Of a DNA stretch of 64,000 nucleotides, positions 1-9,955 are shown one piece after another. Each line of letters starts with the position of its first letter. Position 1 is the stretch's first letter. The translations under genes and the position numbers were made by a program. The notes beneath the pieces are model-generated. The model was given only the letters and a program-made list of their open reading frames with translations. It was not told the origin of the DNA and did no database searches. The DNA comes from a virus. The stretch lies in the UHGV virus genome UHGV-1353844; one strand, 5' to 3'.

Positions 1-43
1 ATACGGTTTCCGTGACTACGACCAGTGGTCTTCTGAAGACGGT

Positions 44-2731
44 ATGAAAGCCCGTTATTTAGAAGACGCTTTGAAACCTTACGTCTCGTATACCGAAGGG
101 GGTGAAGCACAATTACGTGGCTTGTCTTCCGAGGACGTGAAGAAACTCGCAGAAGGGTTTGGTGTAAACTTAGAAGAACGTGGTGAGATGTTAGCATTTA
201 CTGCGTTTATGCTACAACGTTTCGCACCGATTTATCTCCGCTGGATTTCAGCACTGAAGTCGATGGACAACGATATCGCTTTAGCAGATGTCGGTGATCC
301 GAAGAAAGTGTCGAAAGCGGATATGATTACCCTCTACAACAAAATGAAGATGGGTAAAGATTCTGCGGAATTCCGTTCGTTGACTGACCCGCGTAAAGTT
401 AACCAGGGTTGGTTCTCTAAAGCGTGGGATTTCGTTACCTTTACTCCGGCAGAGTTCTTGTCAGGGGAAGAGGTTGTCGAAGCACAGGAACGTGCGTGGC
501 GGTCAATCAACATGCGTACTGACGACAAACGGAAACAACGTTCGGGTATGCGTGATGCCGTCGAAGGCCACAAGGTTGCGTCTGTTGCTGAAACCAGTCA
601 GGTACTGGCGAATGCAGACGCTGAACGTAACGAGAAAGTTGCAAAAGTTGAAGGTTGGGAAGACGGAACTGAACAGGTTCAAATCCAAGTTGACTGGCAT
701 TCGTTACCGAAGAAAAGCGATTTGGAAGACCTGGAATCGGTCAGGTGGAAAACCTACGGTGCGGTTACTATCAACCAAACAACGCGTAATCTTTTCACGC
801 TGTTAGAGAAGAACGTGTTGAAAGACATTGATGTGAAGAACTGTACCTATAAAGGCAACTGGAAAGAAGCCATTGCGGTTATCTCGCCTGACCTGATAGG
901 TGGCCCTAAAGAGGAGCGTTGTAAGAACTGGTTCTATAACCGTTTCTTACCGGCGTATATGACCTACGTCGTTGGTCTGAAACGTTACATTCCGCAAGCA
1001 GACCCTACCGAATTGAAAGTATCCGGTGGGTTCATGTACGAATTAGCGTTGATGATTCGTGGCGCTTACAACATGAAGGGCGGTATTCGTCAGTCCGTGT
1101 GGGAGATTCCATTCAACCCGCTGGGCGAGGAAGCAAACACCGACGCAGGTTCTGTTGCTACTGAACTTGCCAACCTGAAAGAACTGTCCAAAGAACCTGA
1201 CCTGGCTGTTCGTGATACCCTGCGGTCTACACCCGCAGCGGGTAAACGCGCGAAGTGGCAGAAAGCCGATCGTGCGACGAGAATGTATCAAACCGACGAA
1301 GACGCCAAAGATCGCTTTAAAGGTGTCGTTGATTGGGGTACGGCGTCTAACGATGGGTACTTGCCAAACGGTGGGTCGTCTTACGGTACACCGGGTGATC
1401 TGTCTCAAGTTGTCGGTGAGATGGGTATTAGCAATTACGCGAAGTTCTCTACGGGCCAATCCGGGATTAAACTCGGGGACGTCAAAGAAGGTGATTACAA
1501 AACCTTGGCTGAGAAGTATCCAATCAGCAAACTGGGTGATGGTAAATCACCTAACGTAGAAGGCGTTAAAGCGATGATTGCGGATGTCGCAAATACCTTA
1601 GGTGTTCCGCCTGCGGTCGCGATTGCGATGGCGAAAGCCGAATCTGATTTCAAATACGGTGTCAAGAACCCAGGTGCATCAGCAGCAGGGTTGTTCCAGT
1701 TCATTGACAAAACGTGGTCTGGAATGATGAAAGGGTATTCTCGTCGGTACGGTATACCGCAAGTAAACCAGTATGACCCGTGGGCAAATACCATCCTCGG
1801 GGTACAGTTTATTCGTGACAATATCATGCAGGCGCAGAAAGACCTGGGTGGTGTAGAACCGCCTCCGGCTGTTGCGTATCTGTATCACTTCTTGGGTCCA
1901 GGCGGTGGTAAGAAGTTCCTTAAAGCGTGGCGTCAGAATCCGAACATGCCAGCCGACAAAGCGGAAGGGATTACTCCTCAAATCCTTAGAGGTAATAAGG
2001 GAGTCTTCTACGAAATGCGAGGCAAACAGATTGTTCGTATTCGTACTGTTGGCGAAGTTATTAATGAACTGAACCGCCGTATGGGTGCTGTGGCGACAAA
2101 CGAAATTGCGGCTAATCCGGCTTCAACGAAAGACATGGTGAAAGGGCTAACGCCTGCGGTTGCCTCCTCTCCGGCGGTAGCAGCAGGGGCAGCTAACGAT
2201 CCATCAATTTCTGGAGCGACGGATAACTTACCCGCATCGAATGCTGCGCGTCGTGATGAAGCGTTAGCAGAGAAAGGTGCAATGGGTGCAGACAACGTCA
2301 AAGCCGCAACCAGTGGTGGCCCAGCAGTACCGTCACCTGGCGGTAGTAGTGCAGGCGGTGACGCCTCTACGATTGCAGAGACTGTTGCAACTGGAGCCAG
2401 AAATGAAGGGTTGCCTGAAGAAGATGTCGAGAAGGTGAAAGAAGGTGCTGTGCAGCGCGCAGCAGCGACGAGTAAACCGGCACCTGCGGTTACTTCTGAT
2501 GCACAAAACGGACCTACACTTAGCAGTGGCGATCCGATTAGTGTTCAGCAGTTGGCTGTTGCAAAAGAATCGGCGGGCTATCTCAAAGAGATTGTCACGA
2601 TCCTTAAACAACGACCACAGCCGGTACAAAGCACCGCATCGACTCAACCTATGGCACCAGCAGGTTCAGCATCACGACAAATGTCCGTTGAACAGCCAGC
2701 ACGACAGCTTAACGTTAGACGTGTAGGTTAA
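44..2731 (+). CDS. Large protein (895 aa in track) with internal lytic transglycosylase (SLT-like) domain and Ala/Pro/Ser/Gly-rich C-terminus; candidate virion-associated peptidoglycan hydrolase. Frame is open to the window edge, so the 5' end may be truncated
   Basis: SLT-type motifs in order: AESDF (catalytic Glu-Ser), AAGLFQF (GLMQ-like), AYLYHFLGPGGG (AYNxG-like). No in-frame stop between position 2 and the ATG at 44. Confidence 0.6.
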   Translation: MKARYLEDALKPYVSYTEGGEAQLRGLSSEDVKKLAEGFGVNLEERGEMLAFTAFMLQRFAPIYLRWISALKSMDNDIALADVGDPKKVSKADMITLYNKMKMGKDSAEFRSLTDPRKVNQGWFSKAWDFVTFTPAEFLSGEEVVEAQERAWRSINMRTDDKRKQRSGMRDAVEGHKVASVAETSQVLANADAERNEKVAKVEGWEDGTEQVQIQVDWHSLPKKSDLEDLESVRWKTYGAVTINQTTRNLFTLLEKNVLKDIDVKNCTYKGNWKEAIAVISPDLIGGPKEERCKNWFYNRFLPAYMTYVVGLKRYIPQADPTELKVSGGFMYELALMIRGAYNMKGGIRQSVWEIPFNPLGEEANTDAGSVATELANLKELSKEPDLAVRDTLRSTPAAGKRAKWQKADRATRMYQTDEDAKDRFKGVVDWGTASNDGYLPNGGSSYGTPGDLSQVVGEMGISNYAKFSTGQSGIKLGDVKEGDYKTLAEKYPISKLGDGKSPNVEGVKAMIADVANTLGVPPAVAIAMAKAESDFKYGVKNPGASAAGLFQFIDKTWSGMMKGYSRRYGIPQVNQYDPWANTILGVQFIRDNIMQAQKDLGGVEPPPAVAYLYHFLGPGGGKKFLKAWRQNPNMPADKAEGITPQILRGNKGVFYEMRGKQIVRIRTVGEVINELNRRMGAVATNEIAANPASTKDMVKGLTPAVASSPAVAAGAANDPSISGATDNLPASNAARRDEALAEKGAMGADNVKAATSGGPAVPSPGGSSAGGDASTIAETVATGARNEGLPEEDVEKVKEGAVQRAAATSKPAPAVTSDAQNGPTLSSGDPISVQQLAVAKESAGYLKEIVTILKQRPQPVQSTASTQPMAPAGSASRQMSVEQPARQLNVRRVG

Positions 2732-2738
2732 TAAACAC

Positions 2739-2758
2739 GGGGGTGGGAAACCACCCCC
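2739..2758 (+). terminator. GC-rich hairpin (GGGGGTGG-AAA-CCACCCCC) between two + genes; weak T-tract, possible attenuator
   Basis: Inverted repeat directly after the stop of the 895-aa gene; coordinates approximate. Confidence 0.3.
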
Positions 2759-2776
2759 ATCTTAAAGAGGTAGAAA

Positions 2777-4978
2777 GTGGACGCTAGAACAGTTAACGAC
2801 TCAAGCTGGGTCAAAAACCTATTTAATGGCGCAGTCGATGGCCGAGATGAACGTTTCCTGGCCTTGCGCCGCTATTCCGGTGGTATGATGTCGTTTGAAG
2901 ACACCACAGTTGGTGGCAGTAAAGCGATTAACACACCGCCCCAGTTTACACTTTTTGCAGACCCTTCCTCAACAGGCGCGTTTGCACAACCCGACGCGAC
3001 TAAGAGCGGTACCGAGTCCCTTTATAACTCCTCAGCCGCAGGGTCTTATCGCTTAGGGACGTATTACTACGAAAGTATCAGCCAGAACTCATTTTACGTT
3101 CATTGTCGTTTCGGTAAACCGAAGTATCTGGGTATGGCTTCGTTCTTTGCGAACATGTACGACTCTAACCTGGCGTATCTTGCACGTACAGGTGACTATC
3201 CAGGAATTATTCGAACAGCGGCATCGTATATCGGTGCGGCTGCTATTTGGGCGACGGTGGGTACTGTGGCATTCGCGGTGATTCTGATTACACCGAGGAT
3301 TCTTTCGGCAGCGCTGAATAAAGAAACGTCAAGATACTATTACGTTAAGCCCACAATGCATCTGTATTTGCGCGCGGTGCAAAACATCCTGAACACCCAG
3401 TTAATTTACCGTCGTTTGGTACCTACAGGGGTGTTAGGGACTTTTGCGTTGGGTTACGATACCGAAAGCAAAGAAAATAGTTACCATAAAGATCGTGAAG
3501 AGTGGTATAAATCCTTACCCGAAGTCTGGAAAGCGAACGGTGAGTTTGACATTTACCGAATGATTAACCGTTACCAGACCTTGGCGAACTATCAGGCTAA
3601 AACTATCGACGCGATTCGTGTAGAATCCGGTGACGATGAAGAATTGTTTGCCAGTCGCTTACGTGCGTTTTACTATAATGCTACTTACAGCGATAACGTA
3701 CGTCTAAAAGCAGAACAGTTCGAAGTCTCGCTATACGACTTGGAAAAAGTTGCCAGAAGTGAAAAGGGTGGTTATGCTTCTCCGATACAGGATATTGACA
3801 GTCAGGAAGACGAACTCATCGGACAGATGAGTAATAGCCTGGTGGTGGGTGGCACCGCTAATGAACTACAAGAGCAGGCTGCACAAATCCAATCTGAGCA
3901 GGAAAAAACCCGTCAGACCATGGAGAAACGTGCGGCAGCAGCTAAGCAGTTGAACTCTACGTTAGATGAAAAGAACCCAGAAGACCTTACCGAAGGAGAC
4001 ATCGTTCAAGTCCAAGATTGGATGAACAAAGGTAAAGATGAATCCAAAGTAGGAACGTTCTTTAAAGAGTTTACCGACATGGTTGCTGATGTTGGTGATA
4101 ACGTCTTGTCGGAGATTAAGAACGGTTCACAATGGGTTACTTGGCGTATTGACGGTAAAGACACCGTTTCGCGTTCGTTCTCTAACTCCACGAAAGAACC
4201 TGAGATTTCCGGGATGGTAAACTCCGCAACAGCAAAAGCGCGTTCGTTGGAGGTTAACCTGTCGGGTGGACAAACCGGTTTTAGTGCGGTCGATGCTTTA
4301 GTTTCCGGTATTAAGTCAGCGATGCGAGGCGTTGCAGACACCCTACATTTGACAGGGATAATGTCGTTGTACAACTCCTCGGTGATAGACTTCCCAGAAG
4401 TCTGGGATAGTTCTGACGCATCAGGAGACGACATTACTTTAACCATTCCTTTACGTTGTTGGTCGGGTAACGACCTGGATATTTTCCAGGATTTGTTAGT
4501 TCCGCTTTCGTTTTGGATTGCAGCAGTGTGTCCGCTCGCAACCGGTAAACAATCCTTTACCCACCCGTTCTACTTAGAGTGTTACTCTCAAGGACGTTTC
4601 TCGTTCCGTAATGCGATGGTAACGTCGATGTCGTTACAGTTCGGTGTGGGTGGTTTAGGTTGGCGGCCAGGCGATTCCGTCCCACTGTCTTGCGACATCT
4701 CTGTTACTATTCGTGATTTGACTCGCGTTATGTACATGCCCATTGTTACTGACACAGGTGTGTGGGATGATGATAACAAATTCAGTGAATTTATGGCGTG
4801 TCTAGGTGGTGCTACGTTGTACGAACGTACTAACGGTATTGCGCGTGCCAAGATTAATGCGAGCATCTGGGCACAAAACTGGGCGTCTGCATGGTCACAG
4901 GGTAGTTTTATTAACTCGGCACTGGATGTTATCCCAGCACGCCAGATCGCGAACATCTTCCTGCCGCAAGCACGTTAA
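2777..4978 (+). CDS. Hypothetical large protein (733 aa) with one hydrophobic segment (AAIWATVGTVAFAVILITP); possibly structural
   Basis: Long ORF, GTG start preceded by AAGAGG; co-oriented with the SLT-domain gene. Confidence 0.5.
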   Translation: MDARTVNDSSWVKNLFNGAVDGRDERFLALRRYSGGMMSFEDTTVGGSKAINTPPQFTLFADPSSTGAFAQPDATKSGTESLYNSSAAGSYRLGTYYYESISQNSFYVHCRFGKPKYLGMASFFANMYDSNLAYLARTGDYPGIIRTAASYIGAAAIWATVGTVAFAVILITPRILSAALNKETSRYYYVKPTMHLYLRAVQNILNTQLIYRRLVPTGVLGTFALGYDTESKENSYHKDREEWYKSLPEVWKANGEFDIYRMINRYQTLANYQAKTIDAIRVESGDDEELFASRLRAFYYNATYSDNVRLKAEQFEVSLYDLEKVARSEKGGYASPIQDIDSQEDELIGQMSNSLVVGGTANELQEQAAQIQSEQEKTRQTMEKRAAAAKQLNSTLDEKNPEDLTEGDIVQVQDWMNKGKDESKVGTFFKEFTDMVADVGDNVLSEIKNGSQWVTWRIDGKDTVSRSFSNSTKEPEISGMVNSATAKARSLEVNLSGGQTGFSAVDALVSGIKSAMRGVADTLHLTGIMSLYNSSVIDFPEVWDSSDASGDDITLTIPLRCWSGNDLDIFQDLLVPLSFWIAAVCPLATGKQSFTHPFYLECYSQGRFSFRNAMVTSMSLQFGVGGLGWRPGDSVPLSCDISVTIRDLTRVMYMPIVTDTGVWDDDNKFSEFMACLGGATLYERTNGIARAKINASIWAQNWASAWSQGSFINSALDVIPARQIANIFLPQAR

Positions 4979-4994
4979 TGTTTGAGAGGAAATA

Positions 4995-5558
4995 ATGGCT
5001 AATACGCTATTAGGTAAATCAGGAAAACAACTGGTTTATGAGTTATTAGTAAAAAAGAATCCAGGTTTGGTAGAGAAAGGTATTACAATCGATAAGTTGA
5101 GTTTTGGAACACCGTCACATATTGCTGCGGTGGAAACACCGGAAACTCAATACACACGATTAAATACCCAACTTACCGTTCAGGGAATTATCGAGCAGAA
5201 AACGTTTGGTAATATCGACGTGATTTATCGTCGGTTGGATTTGGAACATCTGTTAGGTGATTTCGTTGTCTCTGTCGCAGGTGTGAACGCTACTACCGTT
5301 TCTGAAGTATTGGAACTGTTCCGTACGAAGTATAACTTGCAGATTACGGACGACGAAGTTGAGAACCCAACGGCTGCACCAGACAGCAGAGATAAAACCA
5401 TTATTATCATGAACGGGAGATCTTTGGCCTGGACAGGTCAGTTGGAAGTGTACTTAACTGAACTGCCGTCTGACGGTAAGGATATTTCGAAACTGATTAA
5501 AGTCACCGAACTTGACGGTTTGACGTATATCTCTTCTGGGATTGTTCCTGGCGCTTAA
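4995..5558 (+). CDS. Hypothetical protein (187 aa)
   Basis: ORF with GAGAGGAAATA-ATG RBS; followed by bidirectional terminator. Confidence 0.5.
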   Translation: MANTLLGKSGKQLVYELLVKKNPGLVEKGITIDKLSFGTPSHIAAVETPETQYTRLNTQLTVQGIIEQKTFGNIDVIYRRLDLEHLLGDFVVSVAGVNATTVSEVLELFRTKYNLQITDDEVENPTAAPDSRDKTIIIMNGRSLAWTGQLEVYLTELPSDGKDISKLIKVTELDGLTYISSGIVPGA

Positions 5559-5577
5559 AAAAAGAAAAAATAAGAAA

Positions 5578-5612
5578 GTTTACCTACCTCCTTTCGGAGG
5601 TAGGTACTTTTA
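5578..5612. terminator. Bidirectional rho-independent terminator (TACCTACCTCC-TTTC-GGAGGTAGGTA) with A-tract upstream and T-tract downstream
   Basis: Perfect 11-bp stem between convergent genes (5558 + end, 5614 - end); coordinates approximate. Confidence 0.6.
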
Positions 5613-5613
5613 T

Positions 5614-6444
5614 TTATTTCGCCAGGTCTGCTTCTTTTACAAAGATGCCGTCGGCGTTCAGGTAACCTTTACGGTCTTTGATTTCGTGCCAGGCTAGAGA
5701 GAAACAATGACGAATGTCAAGACGATAGTAGAGAGCCAGTTTTGCAAGGCGGTACAAAGCCCAGTTAAGCTGGTCGAACCCAGCATCGGAGCGAATAAAT
5801 GCGGTAGCGAAGATTTCGGTAGCGTGGAGATACAAATGATGTGGATACCCGTTGTCATCAAAATGTTCTTCAACGTCAGCGACATCATCTACCTGCAATT
5901 GTAAACCGTGCTCGATGATTTCAGCGGTTGTCATTTCTCCAGACAGTTTGTCTTTACCCAGTTCCAGGATGTTTACCAGAACCACTAACGCATCACCGAT
6001 CCCATCCATGATCAGTTCAGGTTTGTTTTTACTGATACCTGTTGCGATTTCACCAAACTCTTCAAAGAATTTCGTGATTTGAGTTTCCAGTTTACCGTTA
6101 TCGAGGATGCCGCGTTCTTTAGACCAGCCTTTAACATGTTCTGCACAGTTCGCAATAGAATAGACCGGAACCGACACGGTGTGCATCACAGTACCGTTAT
6201 AAACGGCGTCGGTAAGTTTAATCGGTGCTTCAATCGTTTCGATGTCCAGTTCTTGAGTGCCGGTATGACGTTTACCTTCTACACGAATACGGTTGGTGCC
6301 AGGGTTTACACCGATTGTGTAAATGGCGTCGAACTGAATTGCCTTCTCATTCAGAGCACGCAGTTGTGCGTTAACTTCTTCCAGGTGCTGACCAGGATTA
6401 ACTACGATGTTGTAAATAGCGTTGATGTCAAAACGTTCGCCCAT
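5614..6444 (-). CDS. MazG-like nucleoside triphosphate pyrophosphohydrolase (276 aa) with N-terminal extension containing a short internal repeat (IYNIVVNPG / IYTIGVNPG)
   Basis: MazG-type motifs FFEEFGEIA (EExxE-like) and ELIMDGIGDALVVLVNILELG; C-terminal LAWHEIKDRKG. Motif-level call only. Confidence 0.45.
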   Translation of the reverse strand: MGERFDINAIYNIVVNPGQHLEEVNAQLRALNEKAIQFDAIYTIGVNPGTNRIRVEGKRHTGTQELDIETIEAPIKLTDAVYNGTVMHTVSVPVYSIANCAEHVKGWSKERGILDNGKLETQITKFFEEFGEIATGISKNKPELIMDGIGDALVVLVNILELGKDKLSGEMTTAEIIEHGLQLQVDDVADVEEHFDDNGYPHHLYLHATEIFATAFIRSDAGFDQLNWALYRLAKLALYYRLDIRHCFSLAWHEIKDRKGYLNADGIFVKEADLAK

Positions 6445-6485
6445 TCTAAAACTCCATTAGATTAACAAAAAAAGAATAAGGATTA

Positions 6486-6506
6486 GGGGTGCTACATAAG
6501 CACCCC
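6486..6506 (-). terminator. Hairpin (GGGGTGCT-ACATAA-GCACCCC) with adjacent A-tract on + strand; terminator for minus-strand small-gene unit
   Basis: Inverted repeat between 6515 and 6444; coordinates approximate. Confidence 0.4.
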
Positions 6507-6514
6507 GTGAACTG

Positions 6515-6658
6515 TTAAATTTTGCAAGCCCCGCCTGAGCAGTTATCGTCTTCCGTGGTTGGGTCAGCACCCTTTTCTACGGTCGCTTCCGGGTCTAAGC
6601 CAGGGATTGCAAATTCGTCAGTTTCTTTAACGGTTTCTACTTTAACTTCTTCAGTCAT
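6515..6658 (-). CDS. Small acidic protein (47 aa, MTEEVKVETVKETDEFAIPGLDPEATVEKGADPTTEDDNCSGGACKI), not in ORF track
   Basis: Hand translation; its ATG overlaps the TGA of the upstream 74-aa ORF (ATGA coupling). Weak own RBS. Confidence 0.25.
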   Translation of the reverse strand: MTEEVKVETVKETDEFAIPGLDPEATVEKGADPTTEDDNCSGGACKI

Positions 6659-6879
6659 TTTTTAGTTTCCAAATTTCTTACAAAGGGGTTAACAGTTTTG
6701 ATTTTAAGGTTAGCGAACGGCGACAGAAGTTTCGCCATCGGTGCTAGACCTGGTGGCGTCTCTTTATATCGCACGATGCGCATCTTCGATTTACCTGGAC
6801 CCTTACGTACACGGTTGTAGCCAATAAAATATAGAGTACCTGTAAAGAATCTAAGACTGTGAAAACGTGGTTTTTTCAT
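6655..6879 (-). CDS. Small basic protein (74 aa), hypothetical
   Basis: ORF with ATG start and GGGGA upstream; coupled to downstream 47-aa ORF. Could be non-coding. Confidence 0.25.
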   Translation of the reverse strand: MKKPRFHSLRFFTGTLYFIGYNRVRKGPGKSKMRIVRYKETPPGLAPMAKLLSPFANLKIKTVNPFVRNLETKK

Positions 6880-7049
6880 CAGACATCCCCAAAAGCCAGA
6901 AAGCGTTTACGACCCTTCTGTGGTCCTTTACGCCAGCGACTAGCGATAGTTTTACGATTTACTTTGCAACGGATTCTCTTATTCAGATTGATATACTTTA
7001 TAGTAACTTTAATGACATCATTCGTCATAAAGAATTCCCTCATCATTAA

Positions 7050-7496
7050 TTAACCCATTAAATGGATTACAACGTCTTTAGTTACTGAGTTTGCAAGTAA
7101 GCGGAAGAACTTCATGTAACGGAACATGCTAAAGAAAACCCCAGCGTCGTCTACAATAACAAGGCTGTATTTTTCCTTTTCTGTACCCATTTGGTAACCG
7201 CTGATTTGTGTGATATTCTCCGGTAATTCTTCGAGACCCAAACGGAATAGCACATCGTCCTCTAAGAACCCTTTTGGGTTAACGAACAACACTTTCCCTT
7301 TATGGTTCTTAGCTAACTCGACACCAAAGTCTGTAAGCCCCATCTGCCTACCTGTACCGTAGCGGATAGTACGAAATTCAGATAAAGCGTTGGGACCATA
7401 GCGTTCGGTAAACGGATTATCTTTAGAATCCAGATCGGTTAAACCTTTTGATAATTCTTCTACTACGATGTTATAGTTAACATGAGTTTTAGACAT
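7050..7496 (-). CDS. Hypothetical protein (148 aa)
   Basis: ORF immediately downstream of thymidylate synthase gene on same strand. Confidence 0.5.
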   Translation of the reverse strand: MSKTHVNYNIVVEELSKGLTDLDSKDNPFTERYGPNALSEFRTIRYGTGRQMGLTDFGVELAKNHKGKVLFVNPKGFLEDDVLFRLGLEELPENITQISGYQMGTEKEKYSLVIVDDAGVFFSMFRYMKFFRLLANSVTKDVVIHLMG

Positions 7497-7526
7497 TTTA
7501 TCATACCTTTTTAATTAGACGGTAAT

Positions 7527-8561
7527 TTATACTGCGACGGGGGCCGCAATATGTGGATGTGCTTGATAGCCGACTAATTCGAAGTCTTCGTATTTGTAAT
7601 CGAAGATAGAATCAGGTTTACGTTTGATAACCAGTTTAGGTAACGGGTATGGTTCGCGTGTAAGCTGAAGTTTTGCTTGCTCCAGATGGTTAGAGTACAG
7701 ATGAACGTCCACGCCACTGTAAACTAACTCGTCTGGAACCATATTCAATTGCTGTGCAATCATGTGGGTTAACAACGCGTAAGAAGCGACGTTAAATGGC
7801 GCGCCGAGTAGGTAATCGTTGCTCCGCATCATGTAAAAACATGAAAGCTTACGGCGTGGAATGCCCTCACGATCTAAAGTTTCATGAAGCCGCTCTTCAT
7901 CATCAATATCTTCGTGATTAATAAGCGGTGCGCTCGCAAATTTTTCCGGCTCGTTTACTTCGTACCAATCCAGTCGTTCAAGCAGTGTCATTTCTGTAGT
8001 GTAGAATTGGAAATAGTTGTGGCACGGGTTAAGTGCCATATCGTCCAGGTCGGCTACGTTCCAGGCACTAACGATAATGCGTCGGGAGTCAGGGTCTTCA
8101 CGAAGTTGTTGGATGACCTTACTGATCTGGTCATGTGGTTTTTCATAGACCAAATACGTCGTACCGTCTTCCTTTATGTTCCCAATATACTTGTAACCGC
8201 GCTGCATTAGTTGTTGTGTACGTCCTACATCGTGACATTCCACAACTTTACAGTCGCGCCATTCGCGCCATTGTTTACCATATACTGGCCCTAAGTTCCC
8301 CTCTTCATTCGCCCACTCGTTCCAAATTTTTACCCCATTCTCTTGCAGGTACTTCACGTTAGTGTCACCATTTAAGAACCACAGCAGTTCGTGAATGATA
8401 CTTTTCAGGTGAACCTTTTTCGTAGTAACTAATGGGAAACCTTCTTTCAGGTCAAAACGTAGTTGACGACCAAATACAGAAAGTGTCCCTACACCTGTAC
8501 GGTCTTTCTTGACAACACCGTTATCCAGAATGTCTTGCATTAACGCTAAATACTGTTTCAT
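7527..8561 (-). CDS. thyA: Thymidylate synthase family enzyme (344 aa) with two insertions relative to E. coli ThyA; canonical ThyA or dUMP hydroxymethylase cannot be distinguished by eye
   Basis: Near-identity to recalled E. coli ThyA blocks: MKQYLxLMQ, DRTGxGTLSxFG, [44 protein letters not shown] (catalytic Cys), PFNxASYALL, HLYSNH, PLPKLxIKRKP, DFExxGY. Confidence 0.85.
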   Translation of the reverse strand: MKQYLALMQDILDNGVVKKDRTGVGTLSVFGRQLRFDLKEGFPLVTTKKVHLKSIIHELLWFLNGDTNVKYLQENGVKIWNEWANEEGNLGPVYGKQWREWRDCKVVECHDVGRTQQLMQRGYKYIGNIKEDGTTYLVYEKPHDQISKVIQQLREDPDSRRIIVSAWNVADLDDMALNPCHNYFQFYTTEMTLLERLDWYEVNEPEKFASAPLINHEDIDDEERLHETLDREGIPRRKLSCFYMMRSNDYLLGAPFNVASYALLTHMIAQQLNMVPDELVYSGVDVHLYSNHLEQAKLQLTREPYPLPKLVIKRKPDSIFDYKYEDFELVGYQAHPHIAAPVAV

Positions 8562-8869
8562 CAGATTTTGTCCTTTTCTAGTTCAGTTAAAATTTCAAAC
8601 AGGTCTGCGTTGGATTGGAGAACGATTTCACTGCCTTCTGCTACAACGGTAATTGAAGGCTTCTTACCACGTAGCAAGAACTCCCAACGCATTGTTCTTA
8701 CGTGGTTGTCGAGTAACTGCTTTAATTTGTGGTTAACTTCGACTTCCAATTTGCCCAGTAACTGCGGTGTAATAGCTTCGCCTGAATTTTTGTTATAAAG
8801 TGTACGCACTAAAGAACGTAAAGAATAGCCAATGCACTGCGAAATTGCCCAACCCGAATAGTTTTCCAT
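8561..8869 (-). CDS. Hypothetical protein (102 aa)
   Basis: ORF overlapping by 1 nt with downstream ThyA-family gene. Confidence 0.45.
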   Translation of the reverse strand: MENYSGWAISQCIGYSLRSLVRTLYNKNSGEAITPQLLGKLEVEVNHKLKQLLDNHVRTMRWEFLLRGKKPSITVVAEGSEIVLQSNADLFEILTELEKDKI

Positions 8870-8870
8870 G

Positions 8871-9416
8871 TTAATCCTTCAAAATGTCTTTAAGTTTTAG
8901 TTTTGTATAGAACGGAGAACTACTTAGTTCTTCTGTCCAACTTATACGTCCGTTCTGTAGAACCCGGTCGAAGATTAGGCCGTTCATCTTTACAATTCTG
9001 GTCAATTGATAAAAGAGCGTCGTGTGATGTAATCGACGCTCCATTTGTGCGCGAGCGGTACAACTGCGTACCGCTTTGATAGCAAGTACCGCTTCTGGCA
9101 TCAACGTAACCGCGATTGACTCAGGATGTTCATTTTTCCATTTCTTAATGGCCAGTAGTCTGTGTAATGATTTTTCAAGGGGACGTAAATCCCCGTTATT
9201 CATCACGTAAACTAATGCAGCAATATCCCACAAAGCAATACCTACTGCTTTAGCAACAAACAACCCGTCCTGTGTTGTCGTGGATTCACAGACTTTGCCG
9301 ATACTTCCGTAAACACGTGCAGTCCATGCGTCTGTCTGTTCGCCAGGTTTTATACCCGCGTTATCCAGAAAGTGTTTAAACGCATTAACGTGATCAGTTA
9401 ACTGTATTTGTTTCAT
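8871..9416 (-). CDS. Hypothetical protein (181 aa)
   Basis: ORF tightly packed in the same operon. Confidence 0.45.
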   Translation of the reverse strand: MKQIQLTDHVNAFKHFLDNAGIKPGEQTDAWTARVYGSIGKVCESTTTQDGLFVAKAVGIALWDIAALVYVMNNGDLRPLEKSLHRLLAIKKWKNEHPESIAVTLMPEAVLAIKAVRSCTARAQMERRLHHTTLFYQLTRIVKMNGLIFDRVLQNGRISWTEELSSSPFYTKLKLKDILKD

Positions 9417-9430
9417 TTCCGATACCCGAT

Positions 9431-9895
9431 TTAGTCACGAGACTTTATTTTAAGGTACGCAACCGCAGCTCCCACGATTGCAATCCCGGCACCCCAACCT
9501 ATCTTTTCTATTACACTCATATCGTCCCATCTTTTCTCTTCGTTACGTCGTTCGGCCTCTTCTGCCCGTTCTCTCCACATCGCTTCGCGTTCCAGACAGC
9601 TGGGATTTATTTCCTCTTCACAACGACGTTTCAGTTCTTCTTCCCCAATCAGTTCTTCTAAATAGAGCCTCGTTTCTTCCACAGCTTGTTCATAGACGTC
9701 TATGCGATCGGGAAGAACTCTCCTGTGAGCGGCTTTGTTGCGAACGGAAGCAATCATGTGGAGTTTCCGTTCGTATTTTGGTTCGAGAAGATGAGCTATG
9801 CTTTTGGTCTTCCCATGAAGCCCATGACCGGTACCGCCGAGTTTTTCCACAAGTTCTTCTACAGAAATTGCAAGATCGAGAATATATCCACGCAT
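9431..9895 (-). CDS. Hypothetical coiled-coil protein with C-terminal membrane anchor (154 aa from internal ATG; track starts at TTG 9946)
   Basis: Internal ATG (MRGYILDL) preceded by GGAG; C-terminus IGWGAGIAIVGAAVAYL hydrophobic. Confidence 0.45.
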   Translation of the reverse strand: MRGYILDLAISVEELVEKLGGTGHGLHGKTKSIAHLLEPKYERKLHMIASVRNKAAHRRVLPDRIDVYEQAVEETRLYLEELIGEEELKRRCEEEINPSCLEREAMWRERAEEAERRNEEKRWDDMSVIEKIGWGAGIAIVGAAVAYLKIKSRD

Positions 9896-9955
9896 AATTG
9901 TTTCTCCGCTTAAACGCAGTCTTGGGAGACATAAGTTTGTTCCCAACTGTAAAAA

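Noticed and set aside
334-2726. Numerous short ORFs (60-140 aa) on both strands inside the 895-aa gene, and similar ones inside other large genes (e.g. 4006-4956, 49175-55948, 57609-61390)
   Set aside because: Embedded within much longer ORFs that have recognisable domains or RBSs; typical shadow ORFs.
6859-7053. Plus-strand ORFs 6859-7053 and 6867-7049 in the AT-rich region upstream of the small minus-strand unit
   Set aside because: Low-complexity AT-rich sequence between minus-strand genes with no RBS; more likely a promoter region for minus-strand transcription.
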